A DNA stretch of 64,000 nucleotides from Candidatus Poribacteria bacterium (GCA_003635255.1 PYJC01000133.1:6686-70685), one strand, 5' to 3'. Shown: positions 39,136-47,266, numbered from the stretch's first letter. Made by a program: numbers and translations. The notes: generated from the sequence alone by a model not told the origin.

Positions 39136-39399
39136 TTACTGAAAATAATCTGCGTTGATGTCTATGTAATCTTCCCACGCTTCGGGAACTTCATCCTCTA
39201 TAAAGATCGCCTCAACCGGACACGCCGGTTCACATACAGCTCAATCGATGCATTCTTCGGGATCAATGTAGAGTTGATTTACCGCTTCAAACGCGTCAGC
39301 TGCACTGGTCGGATGCGGGTGAATGCAATCTACAGGACACACGTCAACGCATGCGCTGTCTTTTACGTCAATACAGGGTTCGCAAATTACATACGTCAT
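39136..39399 (-). CDS. 7Fe-type ferredoxin paralogue with an in-frame TGA replacing a [4Fe-4S] Cys ligand (candidate selenoprotein, or a recent pseudogene)
   Basis: It is the same length (264 nt) and co-linear with 39483-39746. The TGA is at plus-strand 39241-39243, where copy 1 has TGT (second Cys of CIDCSVCEPECP). The frame continues for 34 codons (AVCEPACPVEAIF...ADYFQ) to a TAA at 39136-39138. Confidence 0.5.
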
Positions 39400-39482
39400 T
39401 TTTTTTCTCCTTGTTGTGTGTTTTTTGATCGGTTGGCACACCAATGCCAAATACTGGTATTCGCGTGCCAACCCGTTGTTAT

Positions 39483-39746
39483 CTATTGAAAATAGTCTGC
39501 GTTGATCTCTATAAAATCTTCCCATTCTTCAGGGACTTCGTCCTCTATGAAGATCGCCTCAACCGGGCATTCGGGTTCACATACACTACAATCGATGCAT
39601 TCTTCAGGATCAATGTAGAGTTGATTGACCTCTTCAAATGCGTCGGATGCATCAGTCGGATGTGGATGAATACAATCTACGGGACAGACATCAACACAAG
39701 CACTGTCTTTTACGTCAATGCAGGGTTCACAAATTACGTACGTCAT
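39483..39746 (-). CDS. fdxA: 7Fe ferredoxin ([3Fe-4S][4Fe-4S], FdxA type)
   Basis: MTYVICEPCIDVKDSACVDVCPVDCIH...QLYIDPEECIDCSVCEPECPVEAIF matches the Thermus/Mycobacterium/Azotobacter-type pattern. AAGGAG RBS. Confidence 0.9.
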   Translation of the reverse strand: MTYVICEPCIDVKDSACVDVCPVDCIHPHPTDASDAFEEVNQLYIDPEECIDCSVCEPECPVEAIFIEDEVPEEWEDFIEINADYFQ

Positions 39747-39838
39747 TTTTTCTCCTTTTTGTGTTTTTTAATCGGATAGGCTGCCAGTCCTAAGTCATTT
39801 GCGTCGGTGTGCGTGCCAATCCATTCCTTTTCTTCACT

Positions 39839-40576
39839 TTAAAATGGGAGGGCAGTCGTCACGTCGGCAGATGTCCAATGAATCTCAGGGTTCAGTGCAT
39901 CGCTTGAATACCGATAACCCCCTTGGACATAACGGATACCTACCATGTTTTCTAATCGATAGGTGAGTTCCTTCGCCTCTGCGATATTCACCTCAATGTC
40001 TGCGTTCTTCTGTAGCTCAAAACCCTTGTGAAGCAATTGCACATGTAACCCATATCTTTCTAAGGCAGATGCAAGCCGATTTGCCAAGGTCTGAAACTGT
40101 GATAACTCCAAGTTAGCCCCATCTTCCTGCCATAGATTAAAACCGTTATGACATACCGGGATGTCTAACCCCTCCTTTTCCAACATTGTTTTTAGTTTCA
40201 TCATGTCGTTGTTGCGATAGCCTACTCCTTCATCCGCGAGGATTTCCAATTGAAATCCCCAATCAACAACATTCAAAGGAAGCGACTGTTCCGCAATTAA
40301 GGACTTCAGAACCTCCTTGATTTCTGGGACGCGGTATGTCTCTAAAGCGAGTCGAGTCGTCGCTTCATCCCTCTCAGATGCCGACCTACCTACGTAGATA
40401 CCGTAACTTAGATTGTTTTCATTCAACCATTGCTCTACGACTTTCTCTATCTTCGACTGTGTTAAACGGTCCGACTTCTCACTCACCACTAACGGACCGC
40501 TATCGGAAGCAATGAGAGGCAGTTTAAGTTCGGTAATCAAGGCATCTAATAATTCTTTCACATCGTTTGGACTCAT
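39839..40576 (-). CDS. hypothetical protein, paralogue of 40633-41340 (unknown family)
   Basis: AAGGAG RBS. It has no TM segment or signal peptide. It shares the N-terminal M(S/T)P..VKELL..LI.E..LP and three GF.L strand-like motifs with its neighbour. Confidence 0.6.
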   Translation of the reverse strand: MSPNDVKELLDALITELKLPLIASDSGPLVVSEKSDRLTQSKIEKVVEQWLNENNLSYGIYVGRSASERDEATTRLALETYRVPEIKEVLKSLIAEQSLPLNVVDWGFQLEILADEGVGYRNNDMMKLKTMLEKEGLDIPVCHNGFNLWQEDGANLELSQFQTLANRLASALERYGLHVQLLHKGFELQKNADIEVNIAEAKELTYRLENMVGIRYVQGGYRYSSDALNPEIHWTSADVTTALPF

Positions 40577-40632
40577 GGGTTTTTCTCCTTTTTGTAAGTT
40601 TCTTCCCTCTTATAATTTCGTCCTTTTGCGAT

Positions 40633-41340
40633 TCAACGCCGCGGGAAACGCCATGGGGAGACACAAATACTCGCACTCGTCCAACTCGTTTCCGAGGCAT
40701 CATCACGGTTTACATACTCGTACGTATTCAGTACATAATTGATGCCGAAAGTTATATCTATCTGTTTGGCAAGCTTCCTGACTTGTGACAGGGGCACCGT
40801 GGTTTCCGCCGCCTTTTCGAGTTGGAAGCCGAGATGAAACATTTTTGCTTTTAGTCTGTTTGCTTTTAATAAAGCCTCAAACCGATGGGCAATCTTCTCA
40901 AGCTGCGATAGTTCAACCCGGGTCCTTCCTTTCTTGTGTAATCGAAATCCACCATGAAGGATCTTGACAGGGTAACTCGTCGTGTCATCCTCCGACAGCA
41001 TAATCAATCGGAAGCCACAATCGGTAAAACGGATAGGCAGCTCTTGTTCTGCTATAACTGATTCAAGGAGGGCTTCAACCGCTGAGGCTTCCAGCAATTC
41101 TTTGGCTGGTGAAGTAGCGTCGGTTTTGGTATAGAATTCCATAATTTCCGGAAGTCCCGGAAGAAGTACATGGAGCTTACCGTCCTTGTTCCATTGCGCG
41201 ATAACGTCCTTAATACGCGCCTCTGTCGTGGAATGCCGCGCCCCTAAATCTTGGGAGGGTAATATATCAACAATGTCAATTGGAAGACATGCCTCCGCAA
41301 TTAAGACCTTCAACAATTCCTTGACTTCTGTCGGTGTCAT
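40633..41340 (-). CDS. hypothetical protein, paralogue of 39839-40576 (unknown family), first gene after the ECF sigma factor
   Basis: AAGGAG RBS. It has no TM segment and no zinc-finger anti-sigma motif. Confidence 0.6.
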   Translation of the reverse strand: MTPTEVKELLKVLIAEACLPIDIVDILPSQDLGARHSTTEARIKDVIAQWNKDGKLHVLLPGLPEIMEFYTKTDATSPAKELLEASAVEALLESVIAEQELPIRFTDCGFRLIMLSEDDTTSYPVKILHGGFRLHKKGRTRVELSQLEKIAHRFEALLKANRLKAKMFHLGFQLEKAAETTVPLSQVRKLAKQIDITFGINYVLNTYEYVNRDDASETSWTSASICVSPWRFPRR

Positions 41341-41354
41341 GTCGGGTTCTCCTT

Positions 41355-41392
41355 TTGTGAATTAAGAATGCAAATCAGCAGAAAAGGTTACA
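41355..41392 (-). promoter_or_regulatory. candidate ECF-type promoter motif (copy 2), upstream of 40633-41340
   Basis: The minus-sense sequence TGTAACCTTTTCTGCTGATTTGCATTCTTAATTCACAA is ~85% identical to the motif at 43547-43584. Confidence 0.45.
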
Positions 41393-41418
41393 TGAATTTT
41401 TCCGATACTGCACACTTT

Positions 41419-42042
41419 CTAACCTTTATCGCGGAATATATTGTCGAACTCACCCGGATATTCTGATTTCATCCAAGCGACTAACTTCTGTTTCGCCCGA
41501 TGCAACCGCACCTTCGTTGCCGATGGACTAATATCCAATGTTTTCGCAATTTCTTCAAGCGTCATGTTATCGAGTCGCAATTCAAATGCACGCTGCTCTG
41601 ATTCCGGCAACCGCTGTGCCAAACCACGAACGATTTCTAATTGCTCTTCGGCGATGATTGTCTCTATAGGTGAGCGATGCTCAGGTTCTATTGTGTAGGT
41701 TTCAAAGATTTCATCAACAGGATCCGTCTCAATACTTCTCCGGTTTTCTCGGATATGTGTAGCGATGAGTTGCTTTGCGATGCTAAACATCCAACTTGAG
41801 AACTTTTTGCGATCCCGAAGCGTTCCGAGGTGCTTGTGTACCCTGATAAACGTCTCTTGCATCAGGTCTTGCGCTGTCTCCCAACTCCCAACCCGCCTGT
41901 AAAAGAAATTGAGAAGCGACATCTCATAACGGTGATAGAGGATTTCAAAGGCACCCTCATTTTCATCGTCTAAACTTTGATACACCAGTTCCTCGTCTCG
42001 TGATTCATCCATCGCCATCACATCCTGTCTTAGCATCGCCAC
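41419..42042 (-). CDS. ECF-type RNA polymerase sigma-70 factor
   Basis: Region 2 (LLNFFYRRVGSWETAQDLMQETFIRVHKH) and region 4 HTH (MTLEEIAKTLDISPSATKVRLHRAKQKL). Confidence 0.85.
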   Translation of the reverse strand: MAMLRQDVMAMDESRDEELVYQSLDDENEGAFEILYHRYEMSLLNFFYRRVGSWETAQDLMQETFIRVHKHLGTLRDRKKFSSWMFSIAKQLIATHIRENRRSIETDPVDEIFETYTIEPEHRSPIETIIAEEQLEIVRGLAQRLPESEQRAFELRLDNMTLEEIAKTLDISPSATKVRLHRAKQKLVAWMKSEYPGEFDNIFRDKG

Positions 42043-42129
42043 CTATAGCAAAAAATCTCAAAATATATCAATCTCTCAGTAGGAACACCCTTTGTGGGGG
42101 TCCGTAAACTTCGTTTGTAGTAGGGCGAT

Positions 42130-43473
42130 TCATCGCCCGTCAATTTCCGACGAATCTTTTTTGCCCTCTATTTCCGTCTTAACCAATTCTTCTAACAGGC
42201 TGCCTCTCGCCGCAACCGAGATAACCTTGCCCTCCCGATCCATCAAAAACGGTGCCGGGATACCGCGGACACCATACTGCTCCACGAGATGACCAGCCCA
42301 TTTTTGACCGTCGAAAATTTGTCGCCACGGTATCCCCTGCTCTTTGATGAACTCGCGCAACACCGCTGCGTCTTCATCCAAACTCACGCCGATAACCTCA
42401 AAACCTTCGCCGTGGTATTTCTCGTACACCGCTTTGATCCGCGGTATCTCTCCAATACAAGGACCGCACCACACCGCCCAGAAATCGAGCAAGACGACTT
42501 TGCCACGGTAATCCGCAAGTGAAATCGGATTGCCGTCAAGGTCAACTGCTGATGAGAAGAAATCAGGCAACACCTGTCCTACCCATCCCAAACTGGGATC
42601 TGCTTTGACCTGATATTCATTCGCAAGTTCGATATTTCCTAATTTCTCATGAATATTCGCTAATCCTCTGAGGGCACTCCGGTCATCTTTGTCCTGTTCC
42701 AACTGCTTCTCATAAACCCTTTGTGTTTTCTTAAATACCTGTTCCGCTGCGGCAGTATTTCCTAAGGCCTCTTGGATTTCAGTTAACATGCGAACAATAT
42801 CCCAAGCATCTGGACGCTGCGCCAACTGCTCTTCAAAGACATCCTGAATCTTACCCATGACCGCTGTCCACCGTTCATAGAGTGGATCGTCGCTTTCAAG
42901 TTCCTTGTAAAAATCGTTGGGTCGCGTTGTGACATACAAATAGTCATAACAACACCGGAAGAGCCATTGATACAACATCGATTCTTCACCTTCGCGATGC
43001 CATTCAAATAACCGTTCAAGCGCGATAACGGCCTTATCAAAGTAGAGCGGATCAATCCCAGATTTCACAAACGCTAAATAGCAGAGCGATAGATCGTTCG
43101 GCAGCAACAGCGTCGCTTTCTCCGAAAAGACCCAGTACTCATCGGGCGGTATGTCGTAGGTCCACCCCGCCAGCGCGATTGCCAAAAATTTTGCGGCTGC
43201 ACCGTTATCGGGATCGGTTTCCAGCGCGTTTTCCGCGTGTTCTTGCAGCTGTTGACACATCGCTTCAGGAAGCCGCCAGACATACTCGTTCCATATCAAA
43301 TCCGGTGGAAGGCGGGTTTCTCCATCAATGACACCCGCATCAATTTTCGCCTTGAAATGGTCAACAAGTTTTTCTTGAACATCGGGCGAGATCTCCCACT
43401 CAACACTCGAAAGCCCTCGGTTTTCAAGCGTACCAAGAAACGCATTCCAGACATCTACACTGTTTTCTTTCAC
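42130..43473 (-). CDS. cytoplasmic helical N-module plus TlpA-like thioredoxin (WCGPC) protein, single-module paralogue of 36401-38809
   Basis: I chose the GTG at 43473 (GGAGG 7 nt upstream). There is no signal peptide. The N-module is homologous to both repeats of the 802-aa protein. The Trx motif is FWAVWCGPC. Confidence 0.6.
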   Translation of the reverse strand: MKENSVDVWNAFLGTLENRGLSSVEWEISPDVQEKLVDHFKAKIDAGVIDGETRLPPDLIWNEYVWRLPEAMCQQLQEHAENALETDPDNGAAAKFLAIALAGWTYDIPPDEYWVFSEKATLLLPNDLSLCYLAFVKSGIDPLYFDKAVIALERLFEWHREGEESMLYQWLFRCCYDYLYVTTRPNDFYKELESDDPLYERWTAVMGKIQDVFEEQLAQRPDAWDIVRMLTEIQEALGNTAAAEQVFKKTQRVYEKQLEQDKDDRSALRGLANIHEKLGNIELANEYQVKADPSLGWVGQVLPDFFSSAVDLDGNPISLADYRGKVVLLDFWAVWCGPCIGEIPRIKAVYEKYHGEGFEVIGVSLDEDAAVLREFIKEQGIPWRQIFDGQKWAGHLVEQYGVRGIPAPFLMDREGKVISVAARGSLLEELVKTEIEGKKDSSEIDGR

Positions 43474-43546
43474 GATTTTACCTCCAAATTTTTCTTGTTC
43501 ATAAAATATCTGATTTCGATTTTGTATCCTTGAATCTGAGCCTTCA

Positions 43547-43584
43547 TTGTAGATTAAGAATGCAAATCCCACAAAAAGGTTACA
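43547..43584 (-). promoter_or_regulatory. candidate ECF-type promoter motif (copy 1), upstream of 42130-43473 and the sigma gene
   Basis: The minus-sense sequence is TGTAACCTTTTTGTGGGATTTGCATTCTTAATCTACAA. Confidence 0.45.
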
Positions 43585-43658
43585 TAAAAAAGGATCGTCC
43601 CTCAATTATCATATAATTTACACACAAACTTACTATTGTTCATAGTACGACAACCTGT

Positions 43659-43696
43659 CCGCTGACGGCTGATGGCTGACGGCTAATTGCTATTCT
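43659..43696 (+). repeat. heptad repeat array CTGACGG|CTGATGG|CTGACGG|CTAATTG|CTATTC
   Basis: Read directly. Confidence 0.8.
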
Positions 43697-43747
43697 TTCC
43701 CATTTCGTGCTACAATTATTCTTCAAACCACGCAAGCGAACATATCT

Positions 43748-45292
43748 ATGAATAATGCTACCTATTTGATTTTGCTACTGCTCTGTTTTTATATCACCGC
43801 TGGCATCTGCGAAACACCAAACGGCGCATCCCTCCACGGCACCTGCGTTGATGCCGAAAACGGACAACCAATTCCCGATGTCCTCGTCCGTGCCGCTGCT
43901 GAAAAACTCACACAAGTCTACCCCGATCGCAAGTTTGAACACGCAACGGCAACAGCTGCCGATGGTGCTTTTTCACTGACGATCCCCAACGATCCGCAAA
44001 CCTATTACGCCTTCTCACTCATGGCACTCCATCCTCAGTATCAGGCGAAACGCTTGCGACACGAGATGTCTCCCGGAAAAAGTAAGTATCAGTTAGGAAA
44101 GATCGCACTGAGACGCACCCTATTTCTGCATGGCAAAGTCTCTGGTGCAAAGAATGTCGCTGGACGCGTCGTAAGTCTGAGGATGCACACGAAATCGGCA
44201 GACTTCTTTCGCGCCGCCGCACCGATTGAAAACGCAGCAAAAATTGACACCACGGGCAACTTCCACTTTACGGACCTCTATCCGATCGAGTACACCTTGA
44301 CAATTTCTCAGGACGGTGTTATTATAGCGTATGTAGCGTCTATTAACCCGCAAAAACAGACACAGATTGCTATCCGCTTGCCGAAAATGAAAACGTTACG
44401 CGGCAGAGTTGTCGATACGCAAGGGCATCCAATCGCAGGGGCACAGGTTTACGCGACGCGCCACGCCGAAACGCCACACGGACACAGCGCACGTCTCGCA
44501 ACAGCACAGACAAACGATGTGGGCAATTTTCAGATACAGGTGTTAGAAACTGAACCACGATTTCTCTCGCTTGAGATAAGCAAAAAGGGTTATTTTTCCA
44601 GAATCTACGAGCACGTGGACATCGGAAAAATGCCGTCAATTATCCCACTCGAAAAAGGGGTTACCGTTAAAGGTCGTGTTGCCTTACCACGGAACCTCCC
44701 CTCGGATGCACAGTTCACTGTGAAGGTATTTCCCACAGATATACGCATGGAACCGAACTTGAATCCTTTAGCGTTACATAAACCGCTCTTATCAAGATCC
44801 TTTCCTGTAACAGCATCCGCTTTCAGCATTAGTGGACTTTTTGCGGAAAAATACACCCTCTACGTCGTCGGCGATGGCATCTCGGCAACCGGTATTGATG
44901 TGAACGCTGCCGTTAACACCGAAGCACGCTTTATTATCGCCGATCAACCCTTAACAACGCTTCAGGGACAAGTCCTTTGGGCAGATACAGAAGAACCCGT
45001 TCCTAACGCTGTTGTTTCGCGCGCGTGGTATCCGTGGGAATTACATCCGTTCGACATGTCAATGACGCTGGATCGGTTTGAGGTGGAGACAGACACACAT
45101 GGCAAATTTAAATTCTCCAATCTCACAGAAGCGCGCTATCAATTACACATCCGCGCTGTCCACGCAGTCTTTGAAGCAACCACACAACGTTACCAGCGAG
45201 CACGCATTCACAAACAGGTCGCAATACCTGCCGCTGGCACGACATACCGCATCTATCTGGGAAAACAAGATGGCACCCCTTTTGCAAAGTAG
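43748..45292 (+). CDS. secreted protein with multiple carboxypeptidase-regulatory-like (Ig-like) domains
   Basis: It has a signal peptide and repeated (L/V)(H/R/K/Q)G.(V/C)(V/L)D...G.P(I/V)..A.V motifs (four or more copies). Confidence 0.55.
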   Translation: MNNATYLILLLLCFYITAGICETPNGASLHGTCVDAENGQPIPDVLVRAAAEKLTQVYPDRKFEHATATAADGAFSLTIPNDPQTYYAFSLMALHPQYQAKRLRHEMSPGKSKYQLGKIALRRTLFLHGKVSGAKNVAGRVVSLRMHTKSADFFRAAAPIENAAKIDTTGNFHFTDLYPIEYTLTISQDGVIIAYVASINPQKQTQIAIRLPKMKTLRGRVVDTQGHPIAGAQVYATRHAETPHGHSARLATAQTNDVGNFQIQVLETEPRFLSLEISKKGYFSRIYEHVDIGKMPSIIPLEKGVTVKGRVALPRNLPSDAQFTVKVFPTDIRMEPNLNPLALHKPLLSRSFPVTASAFSISGLFAEKYTLYVVGDGISATGIDVNAAVNTEARFIIADQPLTTLQGQVLWADTEEPVPNAVVSRAWYPWELHPFDMSMTLDRFEVETDTHGKFKFSNLTEARYQLHIRAVHAVFEATTQRYQRARIHKQVAIPAAGTTYRIYLGKQDGTPFAK

Positions 45293-45372
45293 TAGATACA
45301 TGTATGACACCAGGTCCAATACGTACGGTTTGATGAAGTTTAAGAAAATATTTCGGTAATTCTATATTTTCC

Positions 45373-45580
45373 CCCGGCCCGGTAGGTTCGGTTTCCTAAC
45401 CGAACCGGATCTGAGGTGTAAACTGTGTATATCCCAAACCCTCTTGAATCCCAGAGGGATGGCATCTGTGTAGAAACATGCATCAAAACCAAAACCTAAG
45501 CCCCAGAGGGGCGGCATTTGTAAGGATCGTTGTGACCAAATATCGTGAAAAATCATTAACTTGACACCTATGGTGCGCTG
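45373..45580 (+). repeat. composite multi-hairpin repeat element, copy A
   Basis: It contains CCGGTAGGTTCGGTTT..AACCGAACCGG, then ...cctcttgaatcccagagggatggcatctgtgtagaaaca..., then ...gccccagaggggcggcatttgtaagga..., then ...ttgacacctatggtgcg. The same module order occurs at 53647-53877. Confidence 0.8.
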
Positions 45581-45714
45581 TGTTTTGAATAGAAAAAATT
45601 GTAGTTTCCCTAAGGCTAACTGTTGGTTTTTAGATACACTAAAGAACCTTGTGGAAAAATATGGTATCTCTGGAGATAGAGTTGTTGCGTCTTCTCTTTA
45701 ATTGCAATAAAATC

Positions 45715-46467
45715 ATGTTAAGGATAATTGTAGCTATCCAATTTCTCATTCTCGTTTTTCCAGCAAACGCTGGCTTGCACGCTACATACACAGTGGATGA
45801 GCGGGTCATTCTTCAGGAGATCGCCATCCCTGAAGCAGCGGGTGCCTATTATCGAGAACCGGGTAAATTGGTAGTATCCGAAGACGGAGACCGCTGGTTC
45901 GGACCAGAAATCGACAGTCTGGTGCTTTGTCGTAATACCGCGCACGCATTCAATGGTGCTGGCTTCTTCGATATTATTTATACGCGGGAGGATGCCAAAG
46001 TCTGGCCCTCCGCAACGCCGGGGAAGGTCTGGTGGTATCGGCAACAGGAGTGGCGGTTCGCTGATGCTAACACGCCGTGGGGCACTGACACCGTCCATAT
46101 TATCCTCACAGCTGAAATCGGATGGCCCGAGATTGATGCAGCCAATAGTGTTACTGGGTACCCTTGGAGCGGATTTGAGGAGCATTGGCGCGAGGGTGAA
46201 ACTATAAAATCTAAGGCAGAGATCGTCGGTTATCACCAATATGAGCAGGCAGGCAAAAGATACCTCGCACCGAAGTACTACAAACGCGGAACTTCGAGTT
46301 ATTCCTGTGCAACTGCGCGAAGACATTACGATTTGAAAGTGTTGAAACATGACGAAGGACACTTTACGTCGCCAGAATTTCGTCCCGAAGTCAACAAACT
46401 CAGCCGCCGTGAAAAAGGAATATCAAAAGACACAAGCAATTGGTACGATTGTATACGCCTCAAATAA
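45715..46467 (+). CDS. secreted hypothetical protein (module gene A1)
   Basis: The ATG at 45715 gives a signal peptide (MLRIIVAIQFLILVFPANA). It is a paralogue of 47267-48034 (YYR.PG...WFGPE..SL.LC...WYR.Q.WRFA...TPWGT...TGYPWSG.E.HWR.GE...WYDCI). Confidence 0.6.
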   Translation: MLRIIVAIQFLILVFPANAGLHATYTVDERVILQEIAIPEAAGAYYREPGKLVVSEDGDRWFGPEIDSLVLCRNTAHAFNGAGFFDIIYTREDAKVWPSATPGKVWWYRQQEWRFADANTPWGTDTVHIILTAEIGWPEIDAANSVTGYPWSGFEEHWREGETIKSKAEIVGYHQYEQAGKRYLAPKYYKRGTSSYSCATARRHYDLKVLKHDEGHFTSPEFRPEVNKLSRREKGISKDTSNWYDCIRLK

Positions 46468-46479
46468 ACAGGACCATTA

Positions 46480-47175
46480 ATGAAAAAAATTGTTCGCGTT
46501 TTCAAATTAGCAGTCATCATCTGCACATTTCTTATTTCCTTACCGGGCTCGGATGCTGTCCTTTGGGAAGACCACTTTGAGCAGGCAGCGAAAGAAGACT
46601 GGCAGCACATCGGAAAAGATTCCATTTGGACGGTTGAGGACGGATTTTTAAAGACGGAAATCCAAGCGCAAGCACAATGGAGTGCTATCTTCGAACTTTA
46701 CCAATTCATCGCCTATCCGGGTCCCTATAACGACTTTACAATCACCCTCGAAACTATCGGGGCAGCGCGTGCCAGATTCGGCATCGCACTCGCAAAGCAT
46801 TTCGACACCACCGTGCCAGAAATGGATGAACACGGCTACTACCTCTTTTTCACGAACGACATGTATGCATCAAGAGATGGCGAGGTTCTTATCGAACCCG
46901 GACAACGCTGGAATACAGACGAACTCCAGCAGATGGAATTACACTTTAAAGACGGCAGATTCCAACTCTCCGCGGATGGCGAATCTCGCATCGACTTTAC
47001 GGACGCGAACTTCAATCAGGTCGATAGTATCGCTTTTATACTCGCAGGATTTATCACAGAGGATGTCAATGTTGGCAACGCCTGGGTAGACACGTTTACA
47101 ATTGATGGACTCGCAGTCTCACCCATACGAAAATTAGCAACAACCTGGGCAAGCCTAAAGCAAGAAGACCCCTAA
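46480..47175 (+). CDS. secreted DUF1080/LamG-like lectin-fold protein with KLATTWASLK tail (module gene B1)
   Basis: It has a signal peptide and W(E/H)D.F....DW...GK..W.V(E/D)DGFL typical of DUF1080-like jelly rolls. It is a paralogue of 48083-48784. Confidence 0.6.
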   Translation: MKKIVRVFKLAVIICTFLISLPGSDAVLWEDHFEQAAKEDWQHIGKDSIWTVEDGFLKTEIQAQAQWSAIFELYQFIAYPGPYNDFTITLETIGAARARFGIALAKHFDTTVPEMDEHGYYLFFTNDMYASRDGEVLIEPGQRWNTDELQQMELHFKDGRFQLSADGESRIDFTDANFNQVDSIAFILAGFITEDVNVGNAWVDTFTIDGLAVSPIRKLATTWASLKQEDP

Positions 47176-47226
47176 AAGGTATCCGCTGCCTGCTAACAAG
47201 GTATCTTTCTAAAACAGTAACCCTCT

Positions 47227-47264
47227 TAACTGAAAACTGGTAACTGGTAACTGACAACTGTTAA
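47227..47264 (+). repeat. heptad repeat array CTGAAAA|CTGGTAA|CTGGTAA|CTGACAA|CTGTTAA
   Basis: Read directly. It lies between the two copies of the A-B module. Confidence 0.8.
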
Positions 47265-47266
47265 AT

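Noticed and set aside
39241-39243. Genome-wide TGA reassignment (genetic code 4/25) as an explanation for the in-frame TGA in ferredoxin copy 2.
   Set aside because: TGA clearly terminates other well-supported genes here, for example at 5543-5545, 48782-48784 and 52514-52516. No other gene needs TGA read-through to reach its expected length.
39440-39475. A sigma54-type promoter suggested by TTGGCACGC upstream of the second ferredoxin, with a similar TTGGCACGC upstream of the first at about 39800.
   Set aside because: No TTGC element follows at the required 4-5-nt spacing. At 39440-39475 the TGGCAC is one arm of a 9-bp inverted repeat (ggttggcac...gtgccaacc), so it is better read as an intercistronic hairpin copied by the duplication.
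45718-46362. A 214-aa minus-strand ORF opposite module gene A1.
   Set aside because: The plus-strand frame is supported by a paralogue (47267-48034) conserved at the protein level and by a signal peptide. The antisense ORF has no paralogue frame conservation or RBS.
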